DNA from: an uncultured Candidatus Saccharibacteria bacterium
Lineage (GTDB): Bacteria; Patescibacteriota; Minisyncoccia; UBA6257; CAYTHZ01
DNA length: 33,481 bases
Direction: 5' to 3'
Assembly: GCA_964437745.1 (NCBI GenBank)
Contig: CAYTHZ010000001.1
Coordinates: 1-33,481, forward strand
Numbering within the stretch: position 1 is the first letter of the stretch; every line of letters starts with the position of its first letter. Below, piece by piece: positions 1-8,001 of the stretch. The position numbers were made by a program, and so were the translations under genes. The notes under the pieces were generated by a model. The model made no database searches. It was not told the origin of the DNA and worked only from the letters and a program-made list of their open reading frames with translations.

Positions 1-2
1 CA

Positions 3-434
3 GGTCACAGGCACCGTGTCGGCCAGCGGCGCGACGGCGACGCTCAACCAATCGGCGGGCAGAATCAGAAAATTGAAGGATTTTACAAGCTTTGTAAAAT
101 TCAAGGATTTACCGGCAATCAGGGCGTAATAATTCCTGCTACTAATGTTTCCGGCTTAATGCTTAACTCGGAAATAATTAAAGCGGTTAAAGATAAGAAA
201 TTTCATATTTATTCTGTGGAACGCATAGAAGAAGCGGCGGAGCTTTTAATGGGGCGGAAATGGGTAGATATATGCAAAGCTGTTTTTGAGAAGCTGGAAA
301 AATATTCTAAGGCTTACAAAAATGGCAACGGCAATAAAAGCGGAAAAAAATCAGAAGAAGACGAATCTTCCTGCAAAAAATGCGGAAAGTGCGGAAAATC
401 TTCAAAGATTTCCGTCAAGAAAAAGAAAAAATAA
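3..434 (+). CDS. Lon-like serine protease, C-terminal end (5'-partial at window edge)
   Basis: Frame 3 reads QPIGGQNQKIEGFYKLCKIQGFTGNQGVIIPATNVSGLMLNSEIIKAVKDKKFHIYSVERIEEAAELLMG, the conserved C-terminal block of Lon/Lon-like (S16) proteases. It ends in a Lys-rich tail containing CKKCGKCGK. The frame within the first ~45 nt is unclear. Confidence 0.7.
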   Translation, partial: GHRHRVGQRRDGDAQPIGGQNQKIEGFYKLCKIQGFTGNQGVIIPATNVSGLMLNSEIIKAVKDKKFHIYSVERIEEAAELLMGRKWVDICKAVFEKLEKYSKAYKNGNGNKSGKKSEEDESSCKKCGKCGKSSKISVKKKKK

Positions 435-445
435 TTTTAAAAATA

Positions 446-470
446 AAGACCCGAAATCGGGTCTTTTTGT
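446..470 (+). terminator. Rho-independent terminator after the Lon-like gene
   Basis: GACCC (448-452) pairs with GGGTC (459-463), followed by TTTTT. Confidence 0.6.
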
Positions 471-526
471 TTTATTAATATTGTTTACGGATTTTTTTTA
501 ACCTCTTTTTTTAGGCAAATAAGATT

Positions 527-949
527 TTATAATTTTTTTTGTTTCGGGTTTAAATTTTTCCATATTTGTATAGAAAGGCTGTCTATTGATTTTTCCCATG
601 CAAATATCATTAAAAAATGCAGGATTTCATGGATTAATATTCTGCCCATTTTATTTGGATTTAGCGATGCGTCTAAATAAATATCTGCCATAATTTTTTT
701 TAGGCAGAGTGACAATATTTTATCGGGATTTTGCATTTTTGCCGCAGGGTTCGGCTCTGAGCAGGTTTTATCGTAATCACCTTTAAGATAAAAAACAATG
801 AGGCCATCTAATTTTTGTTTTTTATCATTAGGGTTGCGAAGATCTTGTTTTTTTCTAATATGCCTGATGCGATTTTGTAAAATGAAAATTATTTCTTTGA
901 ATAAGGCATTGGTTAACCGCGGCCGAACGTTATTTCCGCCTGATTTCAT
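527..949 (-). CDS. Hypothetical protein with an HExxH motif (HEILH), possible small zinc metallopeptidase
   Basis: 140-aa ORF with ATG start and an AAGGAG Shine-Dalgarno 8 nt upstream on the minus strand. ILIHEILHF lies near the C-terminus. No family recognised. Confidence 0.5.
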   Translation of the reverse strand: MKSGGNNVRPRLTNALFKEIIFILQNRIRHIRKKQDLRNPNDKKQKLDGLIVFYLKGDYDKTCSEPNPAAKMQNPDKILSLCLKKIMADIYLDASLNPNKMGRILIHEILHFLMIFAWEKSIDSLSIQIWKNLNPKQKKL

Positions 950-1114
950 CGGCTAACTCCTTTTGTAAAAATTATTAATTTCAATATTATTGTGGCATAA
1001 AATTTATTTATTGGCAATGGCGTCGCGATTTTTGACAGCCGCGATTTTTTATTAAAATTTCTGGCGGGAATTAAATGAAATAGAATTTTTTTTGTTGCGT
1101 GGCGGAGGATTTAG

Positions 1115-1152
1115 AAAAAAATAAAAACCCTATTTTAAAAATTAAAATAGGG
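1115..1152 (-). terminator. Intrinsic terminator of the metalloprotease gene
   Basis: CCCTATTTT (1128-1136) pairs with AAAATAGGG (1144-1152). On the minus strand it is followed by a T-run (plus-strand A-run 1115-1127). It overlaps the stop codon. Confidence 0.6.
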
Positions 1153-1812
1153 CTTAACGAAATCATATTTATGAAAATTAGTGTATTTATTGAATATGAT
1201 TATCCTCCAATTTAATTCGTCCCATATTTGTTCTTTATTTTTATAGTCATCATAAGTATTCATAATTAGTCCGGCTTTATGATCGCGATGTACGGCGCCA
1301 AATATGTGTCCAAATTCGTGAATCAATGTTTGCGTAATATCAATTTCATTTTTGACGATAATATGCCGATGGAATACAATTCCGATAACGCTCGGCTCGG
1401 CCTCGATTATTCTATTTGTGAAAAGAACCGCTGTGTCGCAACGGCCATTTTTAATATCTTTGCGAAAATTTTTTATCATTGCGTATTGGGAATAATCTTT
1501 CCAGATTTCTTTTTCGCATGGAATTAATTTAATGCCAAAATTTTTTTCAAAGTTTTCCGAAGTGCCATATAATATTTTTTCGGAATTTTCTTCCCAGGAG
1601 TCCGCAAGCGGATTTAAGTATGACGGATCGGCGACAATTTTTACCAATACGATGCGATCGGATTTTTCAAAAGTTTTTTGAGGACCGAGCGCGTCTGAAA
1701 AATTTTTTTCAGCCATTAGCCAGCCGATTGCCAATAACAAGAATATAAGAATTAATGTTCCGACGACGTCTCTTTTGGTAAAGCGAAAACCGCTTCTTTG
1801 CTTGATTTTCAA
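1135..1812 (-). CDS. Membrane-anchored metzincin-like zinc metalloprotease
   Basis: HEFGHIFGAVH (HExxHxxGxxH) followed by LIMN (Met-turn-like). N-terminal TM helix (VVGTLILIFLLLAIGWLM). TTG start with AAGGAGGA 6 nt upstream. Confidence 0.65.
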   Translation of the reverse strand: MKIKQRSGFRFTKRDVVGTLILIFLLLAIGWLMAEKNFSDALGPQKTFEKSDRIVLVKIVADPSYLNPLADSWEENSEKILYGTSENFEKNFGIKLIPCEKEIWKDYSQYAMIKNFRKDIKNGRCDTAVLFTNRIIEAEPSVIGIVFHRHIIVKNEIDITQTLIHEFGHIFGAVHRDHKAGLIMNTYDDYKNKEQIWDELNWRIIIFNKYTNFHKYDFVKPYFNF

Positions 1813-1910
1813 TTTATTCCTCCTTTCTGTTTTGCGCGACGTTTGAAATTGTTAACGTTGATTTATTAATATCATAAAGTTGTTAAAAAGTCAAATTTCC
1901 GGTCGCCCCA

Positions 1911-1940
1911 AATAAAAATGCCGAGAATTTTCCCGGCATT
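1911..1940 (-). terminator. Intrinsic terminator downstream of the 1946..2284 ORF
   Basis: ATGCCG (1918-1923) pairs with CGGCAT (1934-1939). On the minus strand it is followed by TTTTTATTT. Confidence 0.5.
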
Positions 1941-1945
1941 TTAAT

Positions 1946-2284
1946 TTATTTTTCCTTCGCTTTCAGGCGAAGTTTAATCAGTAGTTTGTTTGCTTTTTTT
2001 GTCGTTTTATCAAGGGACGAAAGCATTTTTTTATAGAAAGCTACGGCTTCTTTTTCTGTTAATTCCCGGCTTTTTTCAATTTCCACAATTTTATTATTTA
2101 CGACTTCTTCATTTTGTTCGTGTTTGCTGATTATATCCAAGAGTTCGTTTTTTTCCGCCCCCCATTTTATAAGAATGCTTATTAACAACAATAAATGGTT
2201 GGTTTTAATTTCGTATTCTTTTTCTAGCTCTTCTAGTTCTGATATTTCTGATTTTTCTTTCATTTTTTTCTCCTTTTTATTCAA
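1946..2284 (-). CDS. Hypothetical coiled-coil protein
   Basis: 112-aa Lys/Glu-rich ORF with AAGGAG upstream. Its start overlaps the stop of the proline dehydrogenase gene by 8 nt. Confidence 0.5.
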   Translation of the reverse strand: MNKKEKKMKEKSEISELEELEKEYEIKTNHLLLLISILIKWGAEKNELLDIISKHEQNEEVVNNKIVEIEKSRELTEKEAVAFYKKMLSSLDKTTKKANKLLIKLRLKAKEK

Positions 2285-3149
2285 ACAATAGTATTATTTC
2301 GTCTTTTATGATTGATGGCAGTTTACTGAGTATGTATTTAAATCGGCGCATTCCGTAAGGAAGCCAATTGGTCCCGAATGGGACATAAACGGCGCAGGGC
2401 AGATTTTTTCGTCCCAGCCGGTAAGCCAGCCGCTTTTGGAATCCGTAAAGCAGTTGAATTTCGCATTTTTCCGATTCGCATTTGCTTATAAATTTTTTCA
2501 GCAAATCATAATCCAATGTGGCAATCGCTGGATTTGTTTTTTTTGAAATAAGCTGCCTGGCAATTTTAGTATATTGCGATATCACAAATTTTTCATAAAT
2601 TAACGCGGATTCGTCGTCTTTGTAAGCGCCTTTGCAAAGGCGGATTTTCACTCCGGCTTGGCTTAATTTTTTTATGTCTTTTGGCGTTCTTTTCAATCTC
2701 ATTTGAACCGCCTGTCTTAAATCTAATTCGGGAAGCAAATGTTTTAATGTCGCCGCGGCGTTGACAGTTGATTCAACGTCTTTGGAATGTTCTATGTCTA
2801 TTTCAACGGGAATATTGAATTTAATGGCAGCTTTTCCGATTATTAATAAATTGTTCAAATAAACCACAGGATCTATTTGTAGTCCGAGTTGGGAAGGTTT
2901 TATGGAAATCCGGGCTTGGAGTTTTTTATCCCAAATTGCTCTTATTAAAAGAATATAAAAATTTCTTGTTATTGCCGCTTGGCTGGTTGTTTTGATATCT
3001 TCGCCTAAAAAATTTAATATGGCGACGACGCCTTTTTTATTCAATTTTTCGGTAACATTAATTGCGTCTTCGGGTTCATTGCCGGCGATGAATCTTTTAG
3101 CAAATGGATAAATGATTTTATCTAAGACGGTTTTTATTCTGTTATTCAT
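2277..3149 (-). CDS. Proline dehydrogenase (monofunctional PRODH family)
   Basis: N-terminus FAKRFIAGNEPEDAINVTEKLNKKGVVAILNFLGED matches the characteristic PRODH opening (RFIAGET...LDLLGE). 290 aa. GGGAGG SD upstream. Confidence 0.8.
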   Translation of the reverse strand: MNNRIKTVLDKIIYPFAKRFIAGNEPEDAINVTEKLNKKGVVAILNFLGEDIKTTSQAAITRNFYILLIRAIWDKKLQARISIKPSQLGLQIDPVVYLNNLLIIGKAAIKFNIPVEIDIEHSKDVESTVNAAATLKHLLPELDLRQAVQMRLKRTPKDIKKLSQAGVKIRLCKGAYKDDESALIYEKFVISQYTKIARQLISKKTNPAIATLDYDLLKKFISKCESEKCEIQLLYGFQKRLAYRLGRKNLPCAVYVPFGTNWLPYGMRRFKYILSKLPSIIKDEIILLFE

Positions 3150-3260
3150 TTTACCTCCCGGTATTTTGGCATTAATTATATTGTTAAGTTGTTTTCATTT
3201 TTAATTTATATTATAAATTAAAAATTGGCAATAGCCAGTGCTTTTTTAACCGCGGGGACT

Positions 3261-3290
3261 AAAAAAAGCCGTATTGTTACGGCTTTTTGC
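3261..3290 (-). terminator. Bidirectional-looking hairpin terminator downstream of ald
   Basis: AGCCGTA (3267-3273) pairs with TACGGCT (3278-3284), flanked by an A-run and a T-run. Confidence 0.5.
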
Positions 3291-3402
3291 TATTATCATC
3301 TTTTTTGTCGTCTAATTCCAATTCGGCAAAAGTTATCTTTTCCCAAATTTTTTCTCACCAATCTGACAACTTTTTCAAATTTTTTTTGATTTTCATTTTT
3401 TA

Positions 3403-4530
3403 TCATTCTTGTTTTAAAACTTCGTCGATTGATTTATATTTCTCCGTTATTTTCAGATCTTTTGCCACTTGTTCGTAAGTAATAAATCCCTTAAACGCGT
3501 TAAATCCTTTTTTTAATCCCGGGTCGGATTGATTTTCCGCAATTTTTAAAAGATAGGGGAGTGTTTGGGATGTAAGGGCGAATGTAGACTGGCGCGCAGC
3601 TTGTCCGGGCATATTGGTGACGCAATAAAATATTACGCCATTGTCGGTATAATAAATGGGATCGCTATGAGTGGTTGGCCGCGATAATTCTGTGCACCCG
3701 CCTTGGTCAATGGCAATATCAATCACAACCGCGCCGGGTTTCATTTTGGCAATCATTTCTTTGGTGATAATTTTCGGGGCAGTCGCGCCTTTTATTAAAA
3801 CCGCGCCTATCAATAAATCCGCTTGCGGCACGTATTCAGCCAACGTGTCCGAATTGGATTCAATTATCTTTACGTTGGAAAATTGGGAAAAATGAGATTT
3901 CAAGAAATCAAATCTCTGATCTTTAATTTGCAGCAATATTATATTACTTCCCATACCGGCTGCGGTTTCAGCCGCTTTGGTCCCGACTACTCCGCCGCCG
4001 ACAATCACTACTGTCGCTGATTCAACTCCGGTAATCTTTCCTAAAGTCAGACCTCTGCCTTTATATCTTTTTTTTAGATAATGCGCTCCTTCTTCAATTC
4101 CGATTACCGCGGCAACTTCGGACATTGGAGCCAAAAGAGGCAATCCGCCTTTTTCGTCTTCAATTGTTTCATAGGCGATTGCCGTTACTTTATTTTCCAG
4201 AAGAACTTCGGTAAGTTTCGGATCAACGCCGCTTAAATGCAGGTAGGTAAATAATATTTTTTCTTTCAAATATTTTAAAAAATCTAATTCTTGCTTTACT
4301 GGTTCTTTAACTTTTACTATAATGTCCGCGGTTTTCCAAATTTCTTCTGCGCTGTCTATAATTTCCGCGCCGGCTTTAATAAAGTCTTCGTCTGAAATTC
4401 CCGAGCCTAAGCCGGCGTTTTTTTGGACTAAAACTTGATGAGATGCCGCTTTAAGCGCCAGGACGCCGTCAGGAACAATAGCCACCCTTTCTTCGTTGTC
4501 TTTAATTTCTTTTGGAATGCCAATAATCAT
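3403..4530 (-). CDS. ald: Alanine dehydrogenase
   Basis: MIIGIPKEIKDNEERVAIVPDGV start, Rossmann VVIVGGGVVGTKAAETAAGMG, 375 aa. AAGGAG SD upstream. Confidence 0.9.
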   Translation of the reverse strand: MIIGIPKEIKDNEERVAIVPDGVLALKAASHQVLVQKNAGLGSGISDEDFIKAGAEIIDSAEEIWKTADIIVKVKEPVKQELDFLKYLKEKILFTYLHLSGVDPKLTEVLLENKVTAIAYETIEDEKGGLPLLAPMSEVAAVIGIEEGAHYLKKRYKGRGLTLGKITGVESATVVIVGGGVVGTKAAETAAGMGSNIILLQIKDQRFDFLKSHFSQFSNVKIIESNSDTLAEYVPQADLLIGAVLIKGATAPKIITKEMIAKMKPGAVVIDIAIDQGGCTELSRPTTHSDPIYYTDNGVIFYCVTNMPGQAARQSTFALTSQTLPYLLKIAENQSDPGLKKGFNAFKGFITYEQVAKDLKITEKYKSIDEVLKQE

Positions 4531-4580
4531 AGTAATTTTTATCTCCTTGAAATTTATTTTTAAGTTAAATATTCATTAAT

Positions 4581-4608
4581 ATAATACCATAAATATTTTT
4601 TTTTGCAA
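4581..4608 (-). promoter_or_regulatory. Putative sigma70-type promoter for ald
   Basis: Minus strand reads TTGCAA, 16 nt, TATTAT, about 50 nt upstream of the ald start. Confidence 0.35.
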
Positions 4609-4623
4609 GAAACTATAACGCTA

Positions 4624-4661
4624 TGAGTTATGAGATTTGAGTTATGAGATTTGAGATGCAA
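4624..4661. repeat. Period-7/14 tandem repeat (TGAGTTATGAGATT x2.5)
   Basis: TGAGTTATGAGATT at 4624-4637 and 4638-4651, then TGAGATG. Confidence 0.85.
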
Positions 4662-4671
4662 GAATATTGTT

Positions 4672-5742
4672 TTATCCATGTTTAATCAGCATTATGTCGC
4701 CGTCTTGAACAATATAATCTTTGCCCTCTAATTGCGCGACTCCCTTGTCTTTGGCATTATTCCATGATCCGGTTTCAATGAATTTTTCCCAATTTATCAC
4801 TTCGGCTTTGATAAATTTTTCTTTAAAATCAGTATGAATTTTTTCGGCCGCATCCGGCGCTTTTAGTCCCTGTTTTATCGGCCAAGCGCGGATTTCATTT
4901 TCATTCATTGTGAAAAAAGTTATTAAGCCGAGAGATTGATAAGCGGTTTGAATCAAAACGTTCAAATCCCAATCTTGGGCGCCGAGAGACTCAATCAGTT
5001 CGCGATCGCTTTCGTCAAGTTCTGAAATTTCCAAAATCAATTTCAAATCAGCGATAAGATAATTATATTTTTTTTCGGAAAGTTTTTTTAAAAAATCTTG
5101 CGGGATATCTTTTTCGTCTCCGTTTAAAATATAAATAAACGGCTTTGCGGTTAAAAGAGAGAGCGAAGATAGCATTTTTATTTCATTTTCTTCCGGTTGA
5201 TATTCTGACATCGGCTTGCCTTCGGAGATTAATTTTTTAATTTTTTCTATCAACGCTATTTCTTTTTGCGCTTCTTTGCTTCGGCTTTTGAGCTGGCTTT
5301 GCAAAGAATCGGTTCTTTTGTCTAATGTTTCCATATCTTTCAGTATTAATTCCAATTTCACTATTTCAATGTCGCGCCAAGGATTCACGGCGGCCTCCGT
5401 ATGAATTATCTTTTCGTTTTTAAAACAGCGCGCTACCAGTAAAATAGCATCGGTTTCTCGGATTTGAGCTAAAAATTGGTTGCCGAGTCCTTCGCCTTTA
5501 TTGGCGCCTTTTATGAGTCCGGCAATATCAACAAATTTAATGACTGCGGGAATGATTTTTTTGGCGCCGGATTTTTCGGCTATTTTTTGCAATCTTTTGT
5601 CGGGCACTTCAACGACGCCCACATTGGGTTCAACGGTGGTAAAGGGGTAATTGGCGATATCAACCGGATTTTTGGTTAATATTTTAAATAATGTTGATTT
5701 CCCGACATTGGGCAAACCAACGATACCGATAGATAAAGACAT
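4672..5742 (-). CDS. ychF: Ribosome-binding ATPase YchF
   Basis: IGIVGLPNVGKSTLFKILT P-loop, FVDIAGLIKGA, C-terminal TGS-like GKDYIVQDGDIMLIKH. 356 aa. Confidence 0.92.
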   Translation of the reverse strand: MSLSIGIVGLPNVGKSTLFKILTKNPVDIANYPFTTVEPNVGVVEVPDKRLQKIAEKSGAKKIIPAVIKFVDIAGLIKGANKGEGLGNQFLAQIRETDAILLVARCFKNEKIIHTEAAVNPWRDIEIVKLELILKDMETLDKRTDSLQSQLKSRSKEAQKEIALIEKIKKLISEGKPMSEYQPEENEIKMLSSLSLLTAKPFIYILNGDEKDIPQDFLKKLSEKKYNYLIADLKLILEISELDESDRELIESLGAQDWDLNVLIQTAYQSLGLITFFTMNENEIRAWPIKQGLKAPDAAEKIHTDFKEKFIKAEVINWEKFIETGSWNNAKDKGVAQLEGKDYIVQDGDIMLIKHG

Positions 5743-5917
5743 GGATTTTTGTAATTATTGTTGCGGCTTGAGATGCAAAAAACGAATAATTGTTTAAAAG
5801 TCTTATTATGTTTTTATTGTAATCTAATTTAATAAATTTTTGAAGCCTTTGGGCGGATATATTTGCATTGCTGCGCTGTTGTGCATTAATCCCGTAATGC
5901 GGCGCTGCGCCGAGAAT

Positions 5918-5945
5918 TTGCGTTTACTCTATAAAATGCTATAAT
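5918..5945 (+). promoter_or_regulatory. Putative promoter (TTGCGT-16 nt-TATAAT)
   Basis: TTGCGT 5918-5923 and TATAAT 5940-5945. The ATG at 5955 is only 9 nt past the -10, implying a very short leader. Confidence 0.4.
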
Positions 5946-5954
5946 GTATTTATT

Positions 5955-6218
5955 ATGGTTGACGCTCTTATTTTTGCTCAAACATTTTTTTATTTCGCGG
6001 CATCATTAGCCATTATTATTTTCGGCGTTTTGTTTTTTATGATTGCTTATTATCTTCTTTCTATTGCCAAGCATTTAAATAAGCTTTCGGAAGATTTAGA
6101 CAAGGCGTCCGATGATGTGCGCCAAAGCATAGAAGATATTATAACGAGGCTTTCTGTGTTGCCGATATTCTCCTTCTTTTTCCAAAAAGAAGCCAATAAA
6201 AAAAAATATAAAAAATGA
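5955..6218 (+). CDS. Small membrane protein, hypothetical
   Basis: 87-aa ORF with one long hydrophobic segment (FFYFAASLAIIIFGVLFFMIAYYLL), sitting behind the promoter-like element. Confidence 0.45.
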   Translation: MVDALIFAQTFFYFAASLAIIIFGVLFFMIAYYLLSIAKHLNKLSEDLDKASDDVRQSIEDIITRLSVLPIFSFFFQKEANKKKYKK

Positions 6219-6333
6219 TGTAAATTATTCGCGATTATTAGTTTCATATTGGCGGCATTGGCGTTTTGTCTAAATTATTATAAGCGCGCCGACATGAAGC
6301 GAATAAACGCGAAAAATTTTAAACATTAATATT

Positions 6334-6780
6334 ATGAATAACAAAAAAACTGCGCCAGATATGGGCAAGCTTGTTGTTAAAAAAGCCGCGCAAGCCGCAA
6401 AATCGGCGAAAGGTTCGGATGCGGCAAAGGTTTTAAGCGGCGCTTTGGTTGGGGCGGCGTTGGCGACCGCAGCGACTTTGCTTTTAACTCCGCAGTCCGG
6501 AAAGAGATTGCGCCAAGATATCAAGCAGAAGTCTTCGGATTTTTACAAAAGCATTGCTCCGCGGCTTAAGCAAATCCAAAAATTGGGTGAAAAAGAATAT
6601 AAAATTTTTGTCCACAATGCCGCGCAATCTTACAGCAAAGCTAAAAAATTGTCTGATAAGGAAACAAAAGCGCTGGTTGCCGAAGCTCATAAAACTTGGC
6701 AATATGTGGCAAAAAATAATGTTTTAGCCAAAAAGCCCGTTGCCGCTAAAAAACCTGCCGCGAAAAAGAAAACAAAATAG
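6334..6780 (+). CDS. YtxH-domain protein with a Lys/Ala-rich tail
   Basis: GALVGAALATAATLLLTPQSGKRLRQDIKQK matches the YtxH signature (LLfAPksGketR). The C-terminus is AKKPVAAKKPAAKKKTK. Confidence 0.7.
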   Translation: MNNKKTAPDMGKLVVKKAAQAAKSAKGSDAAKVLSGALVGAALATAATLLLTPQSGKRLRQDIKQKSSDFYKSIAPRLKQIQKLGEKEYKIFVHNAAQSYSKAKKLSDKETKALVAEAHKTWQYVAKNNVLAKKPVAAKKPAAKKKTK

Positions 6781-6810
6781 ATTTTGTAATTTTTCTGTAT
6801 AAATTTAAAA

Positions 6811-6843
6811 AATCCGCTCCGCATTTTCGGGGCGGATTTTTTG
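6811..6843 (+). terminator. Intrinsic terminator of the ytxH-like gene
   Basis: 11-bp stem 6811-6821 / 6828-6838 (one G-U), 6-nt loop, followed by a T-run. Confidence 0.7.
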
Positions 6844-6995
6844 TTGCGGATTTCTTGACGATATCAATTTTTACGATTAAAAAATAATATTTTTAGGGTA
6901 AAGTTTCAAAAATACCATTAACGCTATTTCTGTTGTCAGTCCGTATTAATTTTTAATAGAAATCCGCGGGATGACATTCGCGCTTTGAGAATAAT

Positions 6996-7025
6996 AAAAG
7001 CCTCGATTTTGAATCGAGGCTTTTT
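6996..7025. terminator. Bidirectional intrinsic terminator (serves panB on the minus strand)
   Basis: GCCTCGATT (7000-7008) pairs with AATCGAGGC (7012-7020), flanked by AAAA and TTTTT. Confidence 0.7.
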
Positions 7026-7036
7026 AGAAAGTCAAT

Positions 7037-7987
7037 TTAATTTTTTGATGCCAATTTTTTTTCTATTGTTTGTTTTAAACAAATTTTTAGCTTTTCGTAT
7101 TCGCCTTCAACCATTTTATAGCAGTGCGTTTCTATGTCGGGAAACGCGCCCGTTTTCACTTCTTTGACATACAGCTGAAACGCCCAGCGAATGATGTTTG
7201 AAAGATCAAACCTGTCTTCGTTCGGTTTTATCTCTATTTTGGGATTTTTGAGCAATTCCGCTATGGCTTCGGCGCCGTATTTTTTGCAGAATTTCGGCGA
7301 GAAAACTGTGCCTCTGCCGAGCAAATCAATTTCTAAAAGCAATTGGCCGTCGCAATGCGGACCGGCGCCAATGCTGTAAACCGGAATTTTAAGCATTAGG
7401 GATATAATATTTGTCACTTCCGGCGGAACCGCTTCTACCAGCAAGGCAAATGCCCCCGCTTTTTCTACGGCGAGCGCGTCTTCTATTACTTTTATGGCGC
7501 TTTCGCAAGTTGCGCCCTGCACTTTAAATCCACCGAGCTGTCCGGAACTTTGTGGGGTAAGGCCAATGTGGCCCATTACGTTTATTCCGGCATTGACAAT
7601 CGCGCGAATGTATTCGGCAACTCGCACTCCGCCTTCAAGTTTGATGGCGTCAACGCCGGCTTCTTTATAAAACCTTACGGCGTTTTTAACTGCGTCGTCA
7701 ACGGAAAGCTGGTATGAACCGAAAGGCATATCGCCAACCAAGAAAGTGTTGGGCGCGCCGATTCTGTCCGCCTGCGCGTGTAAAATGGTCTGTTCCATTG
7801 TTACGGGCACGGTGCTGGGATACCCGTAAATTGACATTCCCACAGAGTCGCCGGCCAAAATCCAGTCAACTCCGGTTTCTTCGGCCCGCTGGGCTGTGTG
7901 CGCGTCGTAACAGACAATCGCCGCGGCTTTTTCTTTGCCTTTCATTTTTTGGAAATCAAGAACAGTTTTCTTTTTTTTATTTTCCAT
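7037..7987 (-). CDS. panB: 3-methyl-2-oxobutanoate hydroxymethyltransferase
   Basis: IVCYDAHTAQRAEETGVDWILAGDSVGMSIYGYPSTVPVTMEQTILHAQA...VGDMPFGSYQ matches the PanB core. It carries a ~45-aa C-terminal extension. AAGGAGGA SD upstream. Confidence 0.88.
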   Translation of the reverse strand: MENKKKKTVLDFQKMKGKEKAAAIVCYDAHTAQRAEETGVDWILAGDSVGMSIYGYPSTVPVTMEQTILHAQADRIGAPNTFLVGDMPFGSYQLSVDDAVKNAVRFYKEAGVDAIKLEGGVRVAEYIRAIVNAGINVMGHIGLTPQSSGQLGGFKVQGATCESAIKVIEDALAVEKAGAFALLVEAVPPEVTNIISLMLKIPVYSIGAGPHCDGQLLLEIDLLGRGTVFSPKFCKKYGAEAIAELLKNPKIEIKPNEDRFDLSNIIRWAFQLYVKEVKTGAFPDIETHCYKMVEGEYEKLKICLKQTIEKKLASKN

Positions 7988-8001
7988 TTTTTATTCCTCC
8001 T

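Noticed and set aside
286-501. 71-aa plus-strand ORF overlapping the Lon-like tail and terminator
   Set aside because: It is out of frame with the conserved Lon C-terminus and runs through the terminator hairpin.
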